From a virus, in the IMG/VR virus record IMGVR_UViG_3300009167_000007, positions 6,126 to 70,125 of that record: 64,000 bases of DNA, one strand, 5' to 3'. Within the stretch, counting starts at the first letter, position 1. Each line of letters opens with the position of its first letter. Of this stretch, positions 10,016 to 19,624 are shown in pieces. The notes below the pieces were generated by a model. That model saw nothing but the letters and a program-made list of their open reading frames with translations. It was not told where the DNA came from and did no database searches. The translations under genes were made by a program, and so were the position numbers.

Positions 10016-11287
10016 TTACGATGCAACCTGTGCCGGCGTGATCTTCTCATGGAACTGCAACTCGAAGTAACGGAACGGTTCATCTCCCATGATGCGGGAG
10101 AAGGTGTTGTTCATCCGGTCCTCCGCAGTGCGGACGCTGCGGGCGCTCAGGTGTGCCACCCAGTGCAGCGCCAGCACCAGCGCGATGTTCTTCTCGCTGT
10201 AAGGGAAGGCGAAGGGCGACATCTGATTGTCCCCCGCCGTGAATGAGGCGTACTCCAGAACCTCCGGCTTCAGCACCACGCGACGGCTGCCGTACATCTC
10301 CGGCAGACGCTGCACGGCGGAGGGTATCATGACCTCCTCGCCAAAGAGAACGCCATGCGCCATGTGTCGGCACGCCTCGCCGAACAGCCGGACCTCATTG
10401 TACGCCCGGGCATCCAGCGGGTTGTCGTTGTACTTCGTGTGCCAGGTGGCCCCGGTGTCCCAGATGGTCTTGTAGTATCCGTCGCGCAGGAACTGCTGGT
10501 ATCTCTCCTCCGTCATGTAGATGACCGGAGCGACCTCGCCGATGGGTTTGACCGATGCCGCCATCATGATGGTGTTCTCCGACAGTCCCTCGCGTATCCG
10601 GTCCAGGAATCGCTGAGGGTCCTTCAGCATCTTGCCGGCTCTCACCCGTCGCAGCATGCGTTCACGCGCCGGCTCGCTGGGGTCGTACTGCGGCGGGTGC
10701 ATCTCCGCGAATCCCAGCGACGGGTTGAAGATGTTCACCGCCGCGTTCCACACCGTGTTCCAGTCCGAGTGCTCCGGGTCGCACGTCTCGTTGAAAAGCC
10801 GGCGGGCGTACTCGATCATCATCGGCGTGCGCTCCAGCCGCAGGCGTCGTGGGTCCAGGTCTCCGAGACGGCAGCGGTCCAGCGCGTCGGCGTCTTTCAA
10901 TACGACGCACACCCTGTTCTTGGGATTCTCGCTTCCAGCACCAGCCAGCGAATGGCGGCGTACGGCGTCCTTCACGGAGTCGAAGTTCTTCACCCCGGCG
11001 CGCTCGTAGAGCTTCCGGAACTGTGGGAGCTTCTCGTCAATCGCCCAGCTACCGTGATATTCACATTGACCTTCGTGTCGTCTAGCCAGGTCGTGCAGGT
11101 GCGCCGCCGCCCAGCATTCGGGAAAGATGTCGTCGTAGCCCATCACCCGGCACAGCAGGAGGCTGTGGTAGATGACGCGGTTGACGTGACCCTGTCCGTG
11201 CAGCAGCGACTCATGGGTAAACATCTCGTCCGTGACTCCCATCTCCTCCAGCGGGATCAGTATCTGTTCTGGTTTCTTGGTTAGCAT
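10016..11287 (-). CDS. HD phosphohydrolase fused to DUF3626-like (ART-fold) domain
   Basis: HG..HVNRV, HLHD, H, DADALD (HD domain); YG..RVVLK..V...ASFT.GD and YFELQFH (DUF3626-like). Confidence 0.7.
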   Translation of the reverse strand: MLTKKPEQILIPLEEMGVTDEMFTHESLLHGQGHVNRVIYHSLLLCRVMGYDDIFPECWAAAHLHDLARRHEGQCEYHGSWAIDEKLPQFRKLYERAGVKNFDSVKDAVRRHSLAGAGSENPKNRVCVVLKDADALDRCRLGDLDPRRLRLERTPMMIEYARRLFNETCDPEHSDWNTVWNAAVNIFNPSLGFAEMHPPQYDPSEPARERMLRRVRAGKMLKDPQRFLDRIREGLSENTIMMAASVKPIGEVAPVIYMTEERYQQFLRDGYYKTIWDTGATWHTKYNDNPLDARAYNEVRLFGEACRHMAHGVLFGEEVMIPSAVQRLPEMYGSRRVVLKPEVLEYASFTAGDNQMSPFAFPYSEKNIALVLALHWVAHLSARSVRTAEDRMNNTFSRIMGDEPFRYFELQFHEKITPAQVAS

Positions 11288-11305
11288 TGTTCTCTCCTTC
11301 TTGGT

Positions 11306-11893
11306 TTAGTGTATGTACAGCGAACCCTGACTCAGTGCTTGCTTCAAGTGATCCTTGAAGGTGTATTCCAATCCAGTCTCGTCCAGCAACAACTTCCAGG
11401 CTACCGCCATGTGCGCAAACTTCCGGCAGAGGTCGGACACCAGTTCGCAGCCGCCGCTGTCGATGAACTTGTTGAGCTTCGCGATTCTCTCCTCGGCTCC
11501 GGGTCCGCTGTGATAGTCCAGGTTCCTGAATTCTCCCAGGTCAAACCTGACGTAGGACGCGTCATCCTCCTGCTTGGCGATGCGATGACTTCCAGGCATA
11601 ACCACCCAGTGGTTGTAATCCTGGCGCACGCTCCAGTTCTTGGAGCAATACTCAGACCCGGATTCCAACGGAGCCTCGGGGTGGTGCAGATTGAGCTTCG
11701 CTTCTAGTTCATGCTTCTTGCGCATCACGGTCTTGCCGATGAACTTCGGGATGAATCCCTTGATGATCTCATGTCGTTTGATGCGGACTCTTTCGTCAGC
11801 AATCATGGTGTATATCTTATTCTTCATCTCGCCCACATCGGGCGGTACATAGTGTTGACTCATTGCGGTATGTGAAGGACGGGTCGCCACCAT
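11306..11893 (-). CDS. Hypothetical protein
   Basis: ORF tiles the operon. Confidence 0.6.
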   Translation of the reverse strand: MVATRPSHTAMSQHYVPPDVGEMKNKIYTMIADERVRIKRHEIIKGFIPKFIGKTVMRKKHELEAKLNLHHPEAPLESGSEYCSKNWSVRQDYNHWVVMPGSHRIAKQEDDASYVRFDLGEFRNLDYHSGPGAEERIAKLNKFIDSGGCELVSDLCRKFAHMAVAWKLLLDETGLEYTFKDHLKQALSQGSLYIH

Positions 11894-11920
11894 GGCAGGG
11901 CCGTCATGTGATGCGGTGAT

Positions 11921-12325
11921 CTACTCCAGATCGAACGTCGCGATCTTCACCGCGCAGTTGGGTCCGGCGGTTTGCTCGAAGTAATGAATCAGCCACATTG
12001 CGGACTCATTCTTGTTGCGCAGGTTCGGCGAGATCGTGAGCGTCCAGCCGTTGTTGGCTTCGCCATCGAATCCACGGAAGCGGCTGTACATGGCCAGCCG
12101 GTTGTCCGACCACGGACGGATGGTAAAGAATCCCTGGTTCTTCTTCTTCTCCGATGATTGGTAGCACTTCTCCGACGCCGCGACGATCCAATCCTCCCGT
12201 TCCCGGATGATCTGTTCGATAACCTCGTCGTCCAGGATCAGTGCGGGTTGATCGGGATTCAAGGCTGTCTCGCGTTCGAGTTCGGCTAGCGATCCGACCG
12301 ATGTGATGAGGTTGGGGTGATTCAT
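11921..12325 (-). CDS. Hypothetical protein
   Basis: ATGA overlap with upstream stop. Confidence 0.65.
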   Translation of the reverse strand: MNHPNLITSVGSLAELERETALNPDQPALILDDEVIEQIIREREDWIVAASEKCYQSSEKKKNQGFFTIRPWSDNRLAMYSRFRGFDGEANNGWTLTISPNLRNKNESAMWLIHYFEQTAGPNCAVKIATFDLE

Positions 12326-14673
12326 ACCTTGGCGGTCATGCGGCTGAGGAATTGGCTGACGACCCGGGCTACGGTCACGGTGGACTGGACATTGATGAAG
12401 TGTCCCTTTCCGTACATCTCCTCACCGTGCGACCTGGTCGGCTCGCCTTCGACGCCGATTCCGAAGGTGCGGATGTTGAACTTGCGCAGCCCCCACTGGC
12501 AGACACTGCGCATGTGAACCCGTGCGTCGTAATTGCCATAGGTTGATGGATGGCTCACCCCATAAGAATCCAGGATATAGCCCCGGGCATTCGGGCACCC
12601 GTCGGCGATGACGAACAGGAACTTCTGCTTGGCGTCCGGCTTGTTCTCGTTGAGCAAGCGCATGACGTGTTGCATGGCATAGCCATCGGCGTTGACTCCG
12701 TGACACTTGATGCAGGCAATCCTGGTCTTGTCGCGATGAGTCTTGTCCAGATACGGATACAGGTCAACTCCAGCTCCTGATTGGGAATGACCCCAGACAC
12801 AGGTGTGAATCCCCATCAGCTTCGAGAACGCCTCGACCATGGCAATGACCGTGTACCTGGCCGCCTCGAACGCATGGACGCGGTTGACCTTCAACCCTGG
12901 AATCTCCCGGCCATAGCGCACTGTTCCCATGGAGCCGGACTCATCTACCAGAATGCCAATGCTGACATCCGGCATGGCGTTGACTTCCATCCGCTCGAAG
13001 ACGTGCGGGTGATTGTCCTTGCGGTCGATCAGCTTGTAGAGCGAACCGTCGTCCAGTTCTCCGGACTGAAGCCCATGCACTGGCATGGACGGATTAGTCG
13101 CCCGAAACCTGAGCGACTGCATGATGCTTTGCGTGAGCGGTTTGGCTGCTGTGGCGATGCGGGCATAGACTCTCTCCTTGGTCTTGAGACCGTAATCACA
13201 GAGGATGTCGTCATCATCCTTGATGCGCACACCTTCAATAATGGCACACCCATCCGGAACATCCGGAAGATCGAAGGCGTCGAGGTTGTCATCCTGCCGG
13301 ATTTCGTCCGGTGTATTCCGGCAGTTCGTTTCGATGGGATCGCCGAACAGCGTGTTGTCGTTGGACTTGGGAGCGGGTGCCTTCTTCTTCGGCTTGGGCT
13401 CGGGCTTGGGCTTGGGCTCAGGCTCAGGCTCAGGCTCAGGCTTCGGATCGGGCTTCGGATCGCCAGAAACGCCATCGCTGTTCTTGCCCTGGCCGCTGTC
13501 GTCCGGCTTGTCGTCCGGCTTCGGACCATTCTCAGCAGTGTCACCGTCATCCTTCTCGGGTTCCTTCTCAGGCTCATTCTTCTCCTTCTCCTTCTCCTTC
13601 TCGGAGTCGTCCTGGTCCTGGTCCTGGTCCTGGTTTTCACCCTGGCCGCTTCCACCATCGGAACTGTCACCCTGATTGTCGCTGCCCGGAGGAGGGTCCA
13701 ACTCGGGCGGGTTGTATCCTCCGTCTTCAGGCTTGTCCCCATCGTTACTCTCCGGAGGCGGAGGCGGTGGGAAGTGGCTGGCGAGGTAGTTGAAGACTTC
13801 GACAGCCACCTGATACCGTGCGGTCTTGCGGGCCTTCTCCAGTATCTTCACGGCTACCTTGAGGTGAGTTCCCGTATCCGGCGGCACCACCAACGGATGC
13901 TTCGGATTGTTAAGCGCCCAGCACAGCGCCGCCACTGCGCCGGCGAGGTTGCCGGAGTTCTGAGCCACGAACATCTGTGCCTCCATCTGGTTGGTGCAGG
14001 TGAGCATTTGATGCCGGTGCAAATACGGTGCAGCCCCGGGCCAGTTGGCGAGAAGTTCCTGCCGTGCGATGGCGCTTTCGGTCGCCATCCAGATTTCCTT
14101 CACGGCGGAGGCGTTCGGTTCAGACGCCCCGTTGAGGGCATCCTTGCAAGCCTGACGGCTGCGGGTTCGCAACAGGGTAGCGCCCAGAAGGAGCTGCCCA
14201 CCGAGACCGTCCACGATTTCTGGCTTGGAGCTGTTGTCCTGCTTCCCATCCTTCCCGATGATGAAGTCGGGATTGATGGCGATGGCTGACTTGCCCGGTC
14301 CATTGGTTGCCGGGTTCTCCTTGGACGCCCAGCAGACGGAGAGAATCTTCTCCACGTCTTCGCCTTCGAGCGCCGAGTTTCTCACCGAGTTCAACAGGCG
14401 GACCAACTCGCAGCCCACCTTGTTCAGCTTGGCTGAGGAATCCGTCCCCCAGTCCCGGTCCCACCCGGCGTAGTGCCCCAGGATTTTGCTGGTGGACGAG
14501 ACGGAACGACCGGTGTACTGACTGTCATCCCAGGCGTCCAGCTCCTCCAGTTCCTGCTCGTACCACTCCTTGGCTTCCGCAGCCGTCGGCTGTTCGGCGG
14601 GGGCGCTGGTGCTCACGCGTCCGCTGATGCCGGCTGCGGCCCGTTCGATGTACTCCTGTTCGTATTTGGTCAT
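12322..14673 (-). CDS. CobT-like VWA-domain protein
   Basis: MIDAS LVDESGSM, SGELD, IADGCP; long acidic/Pro-rich linker; downstream of an AAA gene. Confidence 0.88.
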   Translation of the reverse strand: MTKYEQEYIERAAAGISGRVSTSAPAEQPTAAEAKEWYEQELEELDAWDDSQYTGRSVSSTSKILGHYAGWDRDWGTDSSAKLNKVGCELVRLLNSVRNSALEGEDVEKILSVCWASKENPATNGPGKSAIAINPDFIIGKDGKQDNSSKPEIVDGLGGQLLLGATLLRTRSRQACKDALNGASEPNASAVKEIWMATESAIARQELLANWPGAAPYLHRHQMLTCTNQMEAQMFVAQNSGNLAGAVAALCWALNNPKHPLVVPPDTGTHLKVAVKILEKARKTARYQVAVEVFNYLASHFPPPPPPESNDGDKPEDGGYNPPELDPPPGSDNQGDSSDGGSGQGENQDQDQDQDDSEKEKEKEKNEPEKEPEKDDGDTAENGPKPDDKPDDSGQGKNSDGVSGDPKPDPKPEPEPEPEPKPKPEPKPKKKAPAPKSNDNTLFGDPIETNCRNTPDEIRQDDNLDAFDLPDVPDGCAIIEGVRIKDDDDILCDYGLKTKERVYARIATAAKPLTQSIMQSLRFRATNPSMPVHGLQSGELDDGSLYKLIDRKDNHPHVFERMEVNAMPDVSIGILVDESGSMGTVRYGREIPGLKVNRVHAFEAARYTVIAMVEAFSKLMGIHTCVWGHSQSGAGVDLYPYLDKTHRDKTRIACIKCHGVNADGYAMQHVMRLLNENKPDAKQKFLFVIADGCPNARGYILDSYGVSHPSTYGNYDARVHMRSVCQWGLRKFNIRTFGIGVEGEPTRSHGEEMYGKGHFINVQSTVTVARVVSQFLSRMTAKV
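13381..13640. repeat. Hexanucleotide microsatellites encoding PE/PK, EK and DQ repeats
   Basis: Runs of (ggctca)n, (ggcttg)n, (tccttc)n and (tcctgg)n. Confidence 0.85.
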
Positions 14674-14685
14674 GGGGTATCTCCC

Positions 14686-16494
14686 TTAGTCTGCGAAGGT
14701 GTAGCCCTTCAGTTGGAACATGTTGATAACCTGCGCCCGCTCCGAGTCATTTCCACCCTCGGCGGTGAAGTGATTGAACACGGTGGACTGGAACGTATTG
14801 GTCCCACCGAGCACGAAGTCCTGCGCCGCCGCAATGAGCTGGCGGGTGGACATGGTTTCGGACAGACCGCCTCCGAAGCCGGTTGCCTTGGCGCGGATGG
14901 TGTTGGCGAGACTGACGAGGTTCTCGGCGTCAGGCTTGGACAGCCCGGGAATCTTGTCCAGCAGGACCGTCTGCTCCTTGTCCTCGGGAAGGAAGGAGAG
15001 TTCGATGCGGCGCGGGAACCGGTTCTTCAACGCCCGGTCCATCGTGTGGGTGCCGGAGTAGTCCAGCCCCTCGTTCATCGTGGCGAAGAACACGGTGCGC
15101 GGTCCGACCTTGAGCACCTCGCCCACTTCCTCGACGAACGACTGCCGGCGGTGATCCAGCAGCGGCATCAAAGCGTTGAGGACGTGCGGAGACAGGCGGT
15201 TGAGTTCATCCAGCAGGATGACGGCGTTACCCTTTTCAACCGCCATCCAGAACTGTGACTTGCGGAAGTACGTTGCCCCGTTGGCAGCGCCCTTGGTGCC
15301 GAACCATTCGCGGGCCTCACGGATGTTGGCGCAGTCCATGATCATGATGAACCGGCTGTACGTGGCGGCGAATTGAATCGCCAGTTCGGTCTTGCCACAC
15401 CCTGCTGGTCCGACGAGCACGGCGTTCTGTGGCGCGATGTCCGATGCCTTCTCGATCAACTGCGCCATGATGGTGAGCTGTTTCGTCCAGGCGTAGGCCG
15501 GGTCCACCTTCGGTTGGTACGCGGCGGTGAGGCGAACCTCCATGTCCGGTCTGGCAGTGACGGAGGACACGGCATCGGCGGCCTTGCTCAGCACCTCGCT
15601 GAACATGGACGGGGCGACACCCTGCATCAGCTTGCGCAGCTCGCCGTCCGCCCGTGAATTGAACTGCTCGTTCACGGCCCGGGCCACGTCCTCCGGCTTG
15701 ACCTGCTCCACGCTGAGCGCCCTTCCGGGCATCGCTGTGACCCGGCGGTCAATGCCCTCAACGGCTTCCGCCACGGCATCCAACGCCGGCTTGACGTGGA
15801 GGATGGCGCGAGCCTCGCAGGCTTTGATGGCGTGCATGATGGACGGTTCGAGATACTTCCCGATGCTCTCCGCCATGACCGACATGGGGTCTCCAGGCTT
15901 GGCGATGGGCTCGACGGTCGGCTCGAAGCTTGGAGCTTCCATGCGGGGGACCTTGATGCCGTGCTTAACCTTGGTGCCATTGACAGTGTCAATCGTGCCC
16001 AGCGCCACGGCCACCGGAACTGGATCGGGAACGGTTTCCGTCTCCGGTTCGTTCTCAATGACGGCCTCGACGGGTGTCGGCGCAATGGGATTTGATGTGG
16101 GAATGGAAGGATTCACCTCGATGAGGCCGAGAATCTCGCGGAACTTGCCCTCAACGATGTGCGAGGCCAGAGGACCCAGTTTGTTGGCGAAAACGCTCCA
16201 CGCAATGGTGCCATTGATGCAGCGGTTGGTCAGAGTTTCGAGGGTGGCCATCAAGTCCTGCGACTTGAACAGGTCGTCCTGCTTTAGGTTTCCGACCAGC
16301 ACTGTGCAGGAGAGGGACTGGTGCATGGCCGTCATGTCGGGAATCTTCTTGCGGATGGCCCCGATCCAGCCGGAGCATTTGATGCGGCTCTCCAGCTCCT
16401 CGGCTGCTGACTTCGTTCCAGTGTTCAATGTTGCGGTGATCATGTGTTGCTCTGTCTTCTGCGTTGCGCCGGTCTCCATCATGGAGGGCGGCAA
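14686..16494 (-). CDS. MoxR/CbbQ/CobS-family AAA+ ATPase with long N-terminal extension
   Basis: Walker A GPAGCGKT, Walker B LLDELNR, ATMN, DRALKNRF, STRQL. Confidence 0.92.
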   Translation of the reverse strand: MPPSMMETGATQKTEQHMITATLNTGTKSAAEELESRIKCSGWIGAIRKKIPDMTAMHQSLSCTVLVGNLKQDDLFKSQDLMATLETLTNRCINGTIAWSVFANKLGPLASHIVEGKFREILGLIEVNPSIPTSNPIAPTPVEAVIENEPETETVPDPVPVAVALGTIDTVNGTKVKHGIKVPRMEAPSFEPTVEPIAKPGDPMSVMAESIGKYLEPSIMHAIKACEARAILHVKPALDAVAEAVEGIDRRVTAMPGRALSVEQVKPEDVARAVNEQFNSRADGELRKLMQGVAPSMFSEVLSKAADAVSSVTARPDMEVRLTAAYQPKVDPAYAWTKQLTIMAQLIEKASDIAPQNAVLVGPAGCGKTELAIQFAATYSRFIMIMDCANIREAREWFGTKGAANGATYFRKSQFWMAVEKGNAVILLDELNRLSPHVLNALMPLLDHRRQSFVEEVGEVLKVGPRTVFFATMNEGLDYSGTHTMDRALKNRFPRRIELSFLPEDKEQTVLLDKIPGLSKPDAENLVSLANTIRAKATGFGGGLSETMSTRQLIAAAQDFVLGGTNTFQSTVFNHFTAEGGNDSERAQVINMFQLKGYTFAD

Positions 16495-16498
16495 ATTG

Positions 16499-17005
16499 TT
16501 ACAGGTTGTTTTTGATCCAGCCAGCCCAGTGTGAAGTGGACTCGAACAACTCGATGCCCTTGTCCTTGCACTGCCGGCGGACCCAAATCTTGACGCACTC
16601 TCTCATTCCATGTGCTTCCATCATTAAGGCAGCCACCTCAGCCAGCCCATCGTCCCGAATGTGGCTAAGCGAAAGGACAGAGAACGGCATCTTGTCATCC
16701 GCCGAACCGGAACCCTGCTGCCACTTGCATTCCAGGACAAGGCCGCGCCTGAATTTGACCGGATGCCAGATGAACATGTCCAATACCCACGGCACTCCAT
16801 AGATGCTGGTGATATACGGGATGGCAATGTGCGTGGCGAAGTATGGCCTTCCCATGTTGATGGATGGCAGCGTTGCCAGAGAGGATTGACGAAGCAGCTT
16901 CCTGCCGTGCTGGTCAAGCAGTGCGCATCCGGCATCAGAGACCGGCTTGACCACGAACTGTTCCAGTGAAGCGCCGTGAATTCCGGCGGCAGATTTTCCA
17001 GGCAT
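16499..17005 (-). CDS. PD-(D/E)XK restriction-endonuclease-like protein
   Basis: SIYG..LDMF..LECKWQQGSGSADDK motif. Confidence 0.7.
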   Translation of the reverse strand: MPGKSAAGIHGASLEQFVVKPVSDAGCALLDQHGRKLLRQSSLATLPSINMGRPYFATHIAIPYITSIYGVPWVLDMFIWHPVKFRRGLVLECKWQQGSGSADDKMPFSVLSLSHIRDDGLAEVAALMMEAHGMRECVKIWVRRQCKDKGIELFESTSHWAGWIKNNL

Positions 17006-17008
17006 ACG

Positions 17009-17554
17009 TCAGATGATTGCGCTGCCCAGAATCACTACGCCATGTTTGACGAACTCGCCAGCAAAAGTGTGCGGCTCGTCTCCGAAGTAGAAGAACGCCT
17101 GTCCCCTCGTGTTACCGCTGATCTCCTTGCCATCCGCATTCCAGAACGAGATACGGTGGTTGGTGAAACACACAGCGTCACATGACTTGAGCACCTGCTG
17201 GAACCACTGTGTTTCCGTGGCGTTGTTCACGAGGAAGATGCCAGACTCGAAGTGTTCGAGGTTCCACTCGGCGAGGAACTTGAACACCGCCGCCTTGCAT
17301 TCCGCGCCGGAGTAGGGCGGGTTCATCCAGAGGGTGCCGCACTTCCACGGCTTGCGGAAGGCGTTGTCTTCCACTGTGTAATACTTGCCCGCCTTGACGA
17401 CGAGGTTGGCATGGTCATCGGAGAACGGATCGAGATCGATGTTCCCGAGCACGGCCCGGGCGCTCTCGATGTACTTGGAAGGGGTGAACCACGCATTCGA
17501 GTTCCGTCCTTCCTGCTTGCAGGCGTAGGCCATCTTTGATTTGTCAGCTTTCAT
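17009..17554 (-). CDS. Phage DNA N6-adenine methyltransferase
   Basis: WFTP, IDLDPFS, WMNPPYS, TETQWFQ, RISF motifs. Confidence 0.9.
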   Translation of the reverse strand: MKADKSKMAYACKQEGRNSNAWFTPSKYIESARAVLGNIDLDPFSDDHANLVVKAGKYYTVEDNAFRKPWKCGTLWMNPPYSGAECKAAVFKFLAEWNLEHFESGIFLVNNATETQWFQQVLKSCDAVCFTNHRISFWNADGKEISGNTRGQAFFYFGDEPHTFAGEFVKHGVVILGSAII

Positions 17555-18048
17555 TGTAACACTGTTACCCTGAGTTTCTTCTTACCGAAGGCAAGGGCGT
17601 CCGAGTGACGCTTGAAGTAGATGTCGAAGCGATGGTCATACCGCTTCGCGAGCCGGTCTTCCACCCGGCGGCGACCCACGCCCTCGATGTGGACGAGTGA
17701 GTTCAGGGGCAGACGCCTTGGTCCGGCCACCGTGATACCCTGAATGGGTTTGCGTCCCAAGGCAGTGAGTCCGGTGCCTTTTGTGCATGTGCGGCAATGG
17801 CAGAACGCTGTCACCTCTGCTGTGATCGTCTTCGCTTCGACTCCTACGCACAGCAGGAGTACGATGATGAGTGTCTTCGCTTTCATGGCATTTCTCTGTA
17901 ACGAATTCCCAATGATGTTCGAGCGCAACCGGGCAGCCCGCTCGATGGTGATCTTCTTCTGCCGCACATCTGCCCAGAGTTTCTTAAGGGCAGCGCAGGC
18001 GGCTTCGTCCCTCTCGACGATGGCCATGCGTTGGTCTTCGGTGATCAT
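17551..18048 (-). CDS. 3D-domain peptidoglycan lytic-transglycosylase-like protein (possible internal start 17886 with signal peptide)
   Basis: VTAFCHC..C..TALG, VEDR, FDIYF, AFGKK; hydrophobic MKAKTLIIVLLLCVG. Confidence 0.8.
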   Translation of the reverse strand: MITEDQRMAIVERDEAACAALKKLWADVRQKKITIERAARLRSNIIGNSLQRNAMKAKTLIIVLLLCVGVEAKTITAEVTAFCHCRTCTKGTGLTALGRKPIQGITVAGPRRLPLNSLVHIEGVGRRRVEDRLAKRYDHRFDIYFKRHSDALAFGKKKLRVTVLQ

Positions 18049-18050
18049 GA

Positions 18051-18386
18051 TTACTTGATGTCTTTGATCCCATCCGCAATGGACTGGGGCGTCCCGCCAT
18101 TGGCTATGGACTCGAACACGACGGCGCTGAAGGGCTCGTCAATGCACAGCTCGTTGCCCGTGAACACTTCGTCCTCGTCGCATCCGCAATAGATGCAGCG
18201 TGGAACTTCCGCCTGACTCATGACATGCTCCCGGTTGGTGTACTCCGGGAACCCTTCGATCCCGGATTCCAACCGGACCGTCTTCGTCTCGGCGGAGATG
18301 ACGATCAGGAACAAGTCCCTGTCATCCGCCCATTGTCTTGCCGCATCCAGATTGTGAACGCGTAATTCTCCTGTGGTTTGTTTCAT
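18051..18386 (-). CDS. Hypothetical protein (CxxC)
   Basis: ORF tiles the operon. Confidence 0.6.
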   Translation of the reverse strand: MKQTTGELRVHNLDAARQWADDRDLFLIVISAETKTVRLESGIEGFPEYTNREHVMSQAEVPRCIYCGCDEDEVFTGNELCIDEPFSAVVFESIANGGTPQSIADGIKDIK

Positions 18387-18405
18387 GTTTACTTGATTGT
18401 CTTGC

Positions 18406-18467
18406 GGAAATAAACCGGGGCTGCACGGCGAAGAACTGACGCTCTCCTGTCAACCATGCAGCCCCGG
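18406..18467 (-). terminator. Long-stem hairpin with U-tract (terminator/attenuator-like)
   Basis: ccggggctgca/tgcagccccgg inverted repeat followed on - by TTTATTT. Confidence 0.5.
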
Positions 18468-18503
18468 CCCCAGCCCCCGCGCCCCTTGTGAGGACGCGGG
18501 AAA

Positions 18504-18737
18504 TCACTCTCTCACTGCATACAATGCCGGAGTAGGGCTGAACCCGAATCGCACCCAGCACTGCGTCGGTCGAAAGCTCCCGTGCTTTACGGGCAACCGC
18601 CACATGAGCGCCGTGTGCCATTGCTCCACCGCCTCGGCGTGCGTGGCCAGGCGATACCCCATCGGCGGAAGCGGTAGCTCGGGTTGATCCGGGATGCGTG
18701 ATCTGATGTCGAAGCGGAGTTCGAGGTTGTCGCTCAT
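18504..18737 (-). CDS. Hypothetical protein
   Basis: ORF tiles the operon. Confidence 0.5.
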   Translation of the reverse strand: MSDNLELRFDIRSRIPDQPELPLPPMGYRLATHAEAVEQWHTALMWRLPVKHGSFRPTQCWVRFGFSPTPALYAVRE

Positions 18738-18741
18738 GGTA

Positions 18742-19083
18742 TCAATCCAGAACCCAGCGTTCCTTCATTGCCGCCTCACTGTCGAACACTTCGAGCGTAT
18801 CCGAACAGGTGTAGCTGATTCCACGATACGGCAGCACGTACCAGTGCTTGCCGTCGTTGCCGAGGAACACGCCCCACGCCGTGTCCACGTTCACAATGTC
18901 GTTGTCACCGATGTTGACGAAGGGACGCTTGAGCTGAAGCCTCACCGTGTCGTTGTCCCCGAAGTCCAGCTTGTTCTTAGCGTTCCGCTTCGGGAAAGTA
19001 CCCTGCCCGAGCAGAGACTTGATGTGCGCCCGGAAGTCCGGGTCGCTGATGGGTGTGGTAGTCATGATGTTCGTTCGTTCCAT
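18742..19083 (-). CDS. Hypothetical protein
   Basis: ORF tiles the operon. Confidence 0.6.
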   Translation of the reverse strand: MERTNIMTTTPISDPDFRAHIKSLLGQGTFPKRNAKNKLDFGDNDTVRLQLKRPFVNIGDNDIVNVDTAWGVFLGNDGKHWYVLPYRGISYTCSDTLEVFDSEAAMKERWVLD

Positions 19084-19259
19084 TTGGTGTCCGCCGCCAC
19101 CTCCTCGACAGTGACGTCAATCTTCCTGGTGTAATTCCACGGACCTTGGGCACCGCAATCGTCACACACGACGCTCACCGGGCAGCCTTCCCGATCCGTA
19201 GTGCCGATGGCGATCTCAAGCTTTGAGCCGCCGCAGAATGGGCATGGTTTGATGGTCAT
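19062..19259 (-). CDS. Lar-family restriction-alleviation-like zinc protein
   Basis: IKPCPFCGG..VVCDDCGAQGP..WNER signature. Confidence 0.8.
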   Translation of the reverse strand: MTIKPCPFCGGSKLEIAIGTTDREGCPVSVVCDDCGAQGPWNYTRKIDVTVEEVAADTKWNERTS

Positions 19260-19266
19260 GGTGGTA

Positions 19267-19623
19267 TCAGGGGAACGGAAGCCATTGCCCGTTCTCGAAG
19301 TGCAGCCAGTCGAACCGGAGTTCGTCCCTGGGAACAAGGAGACCTCCGATCAACAGCTCCTTTGTCGTCGCTCCGATGACCATGAATACGTCCAGTCTAT
19401 TCTTCCGCTTGACCAGATGCCGGATGAAGTAGGTGTCAACCTCCTCCTCCGGCTTGATGCGGAAGTCGCCCGGCTCTCCAAGCAGCCCGATGTTGAAGTC
19501 GGGGGTCACGTCCCTGAATTCGTATGGACCTCCTGCACTTGGGTGGTGTTTGTACTGAATCTGTTTTCCATCCAGTATGGCCGAAAGAATCGGCTTCCAC
19601 TGCTCGATGTCTTTGAGTTGCAT
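19267..19623 (-). CDS. Hypothetical protein
   Basis: ATG at 19623; GKQIQY..FRIKP pattern common in phage small proteins. Confidence 0.6.
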   Translation of the reverse strand: MQLKDIEQWKPILSAILDGKQIQYKHHPSAGGPYEFRDVTPDFNIGLLGEPGDFRIKPEEEVDTYFIRHLVKRKNRLDVFMVIGATTKELLIGGLLVPRDELRFDWLHFENGQWLPFP

Positions 19624-19624
19624 A

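Noticed and set aside
13381-13640. Short tandem repeats as a possible CRISPR or contingency locus
   Set aside because: In-frame hexamers encoding the low-complexity linker typical of CobT-like proteins; no spacers
12781-14289. Long + strand ORF of 502 aa (and similar shadow ORFs at 15527, 23540, 51305, 55888, 58080, 60862)
   Set aside because: Antisense shadows of well-supported genes in GC-rich DNA; no motifs of their own
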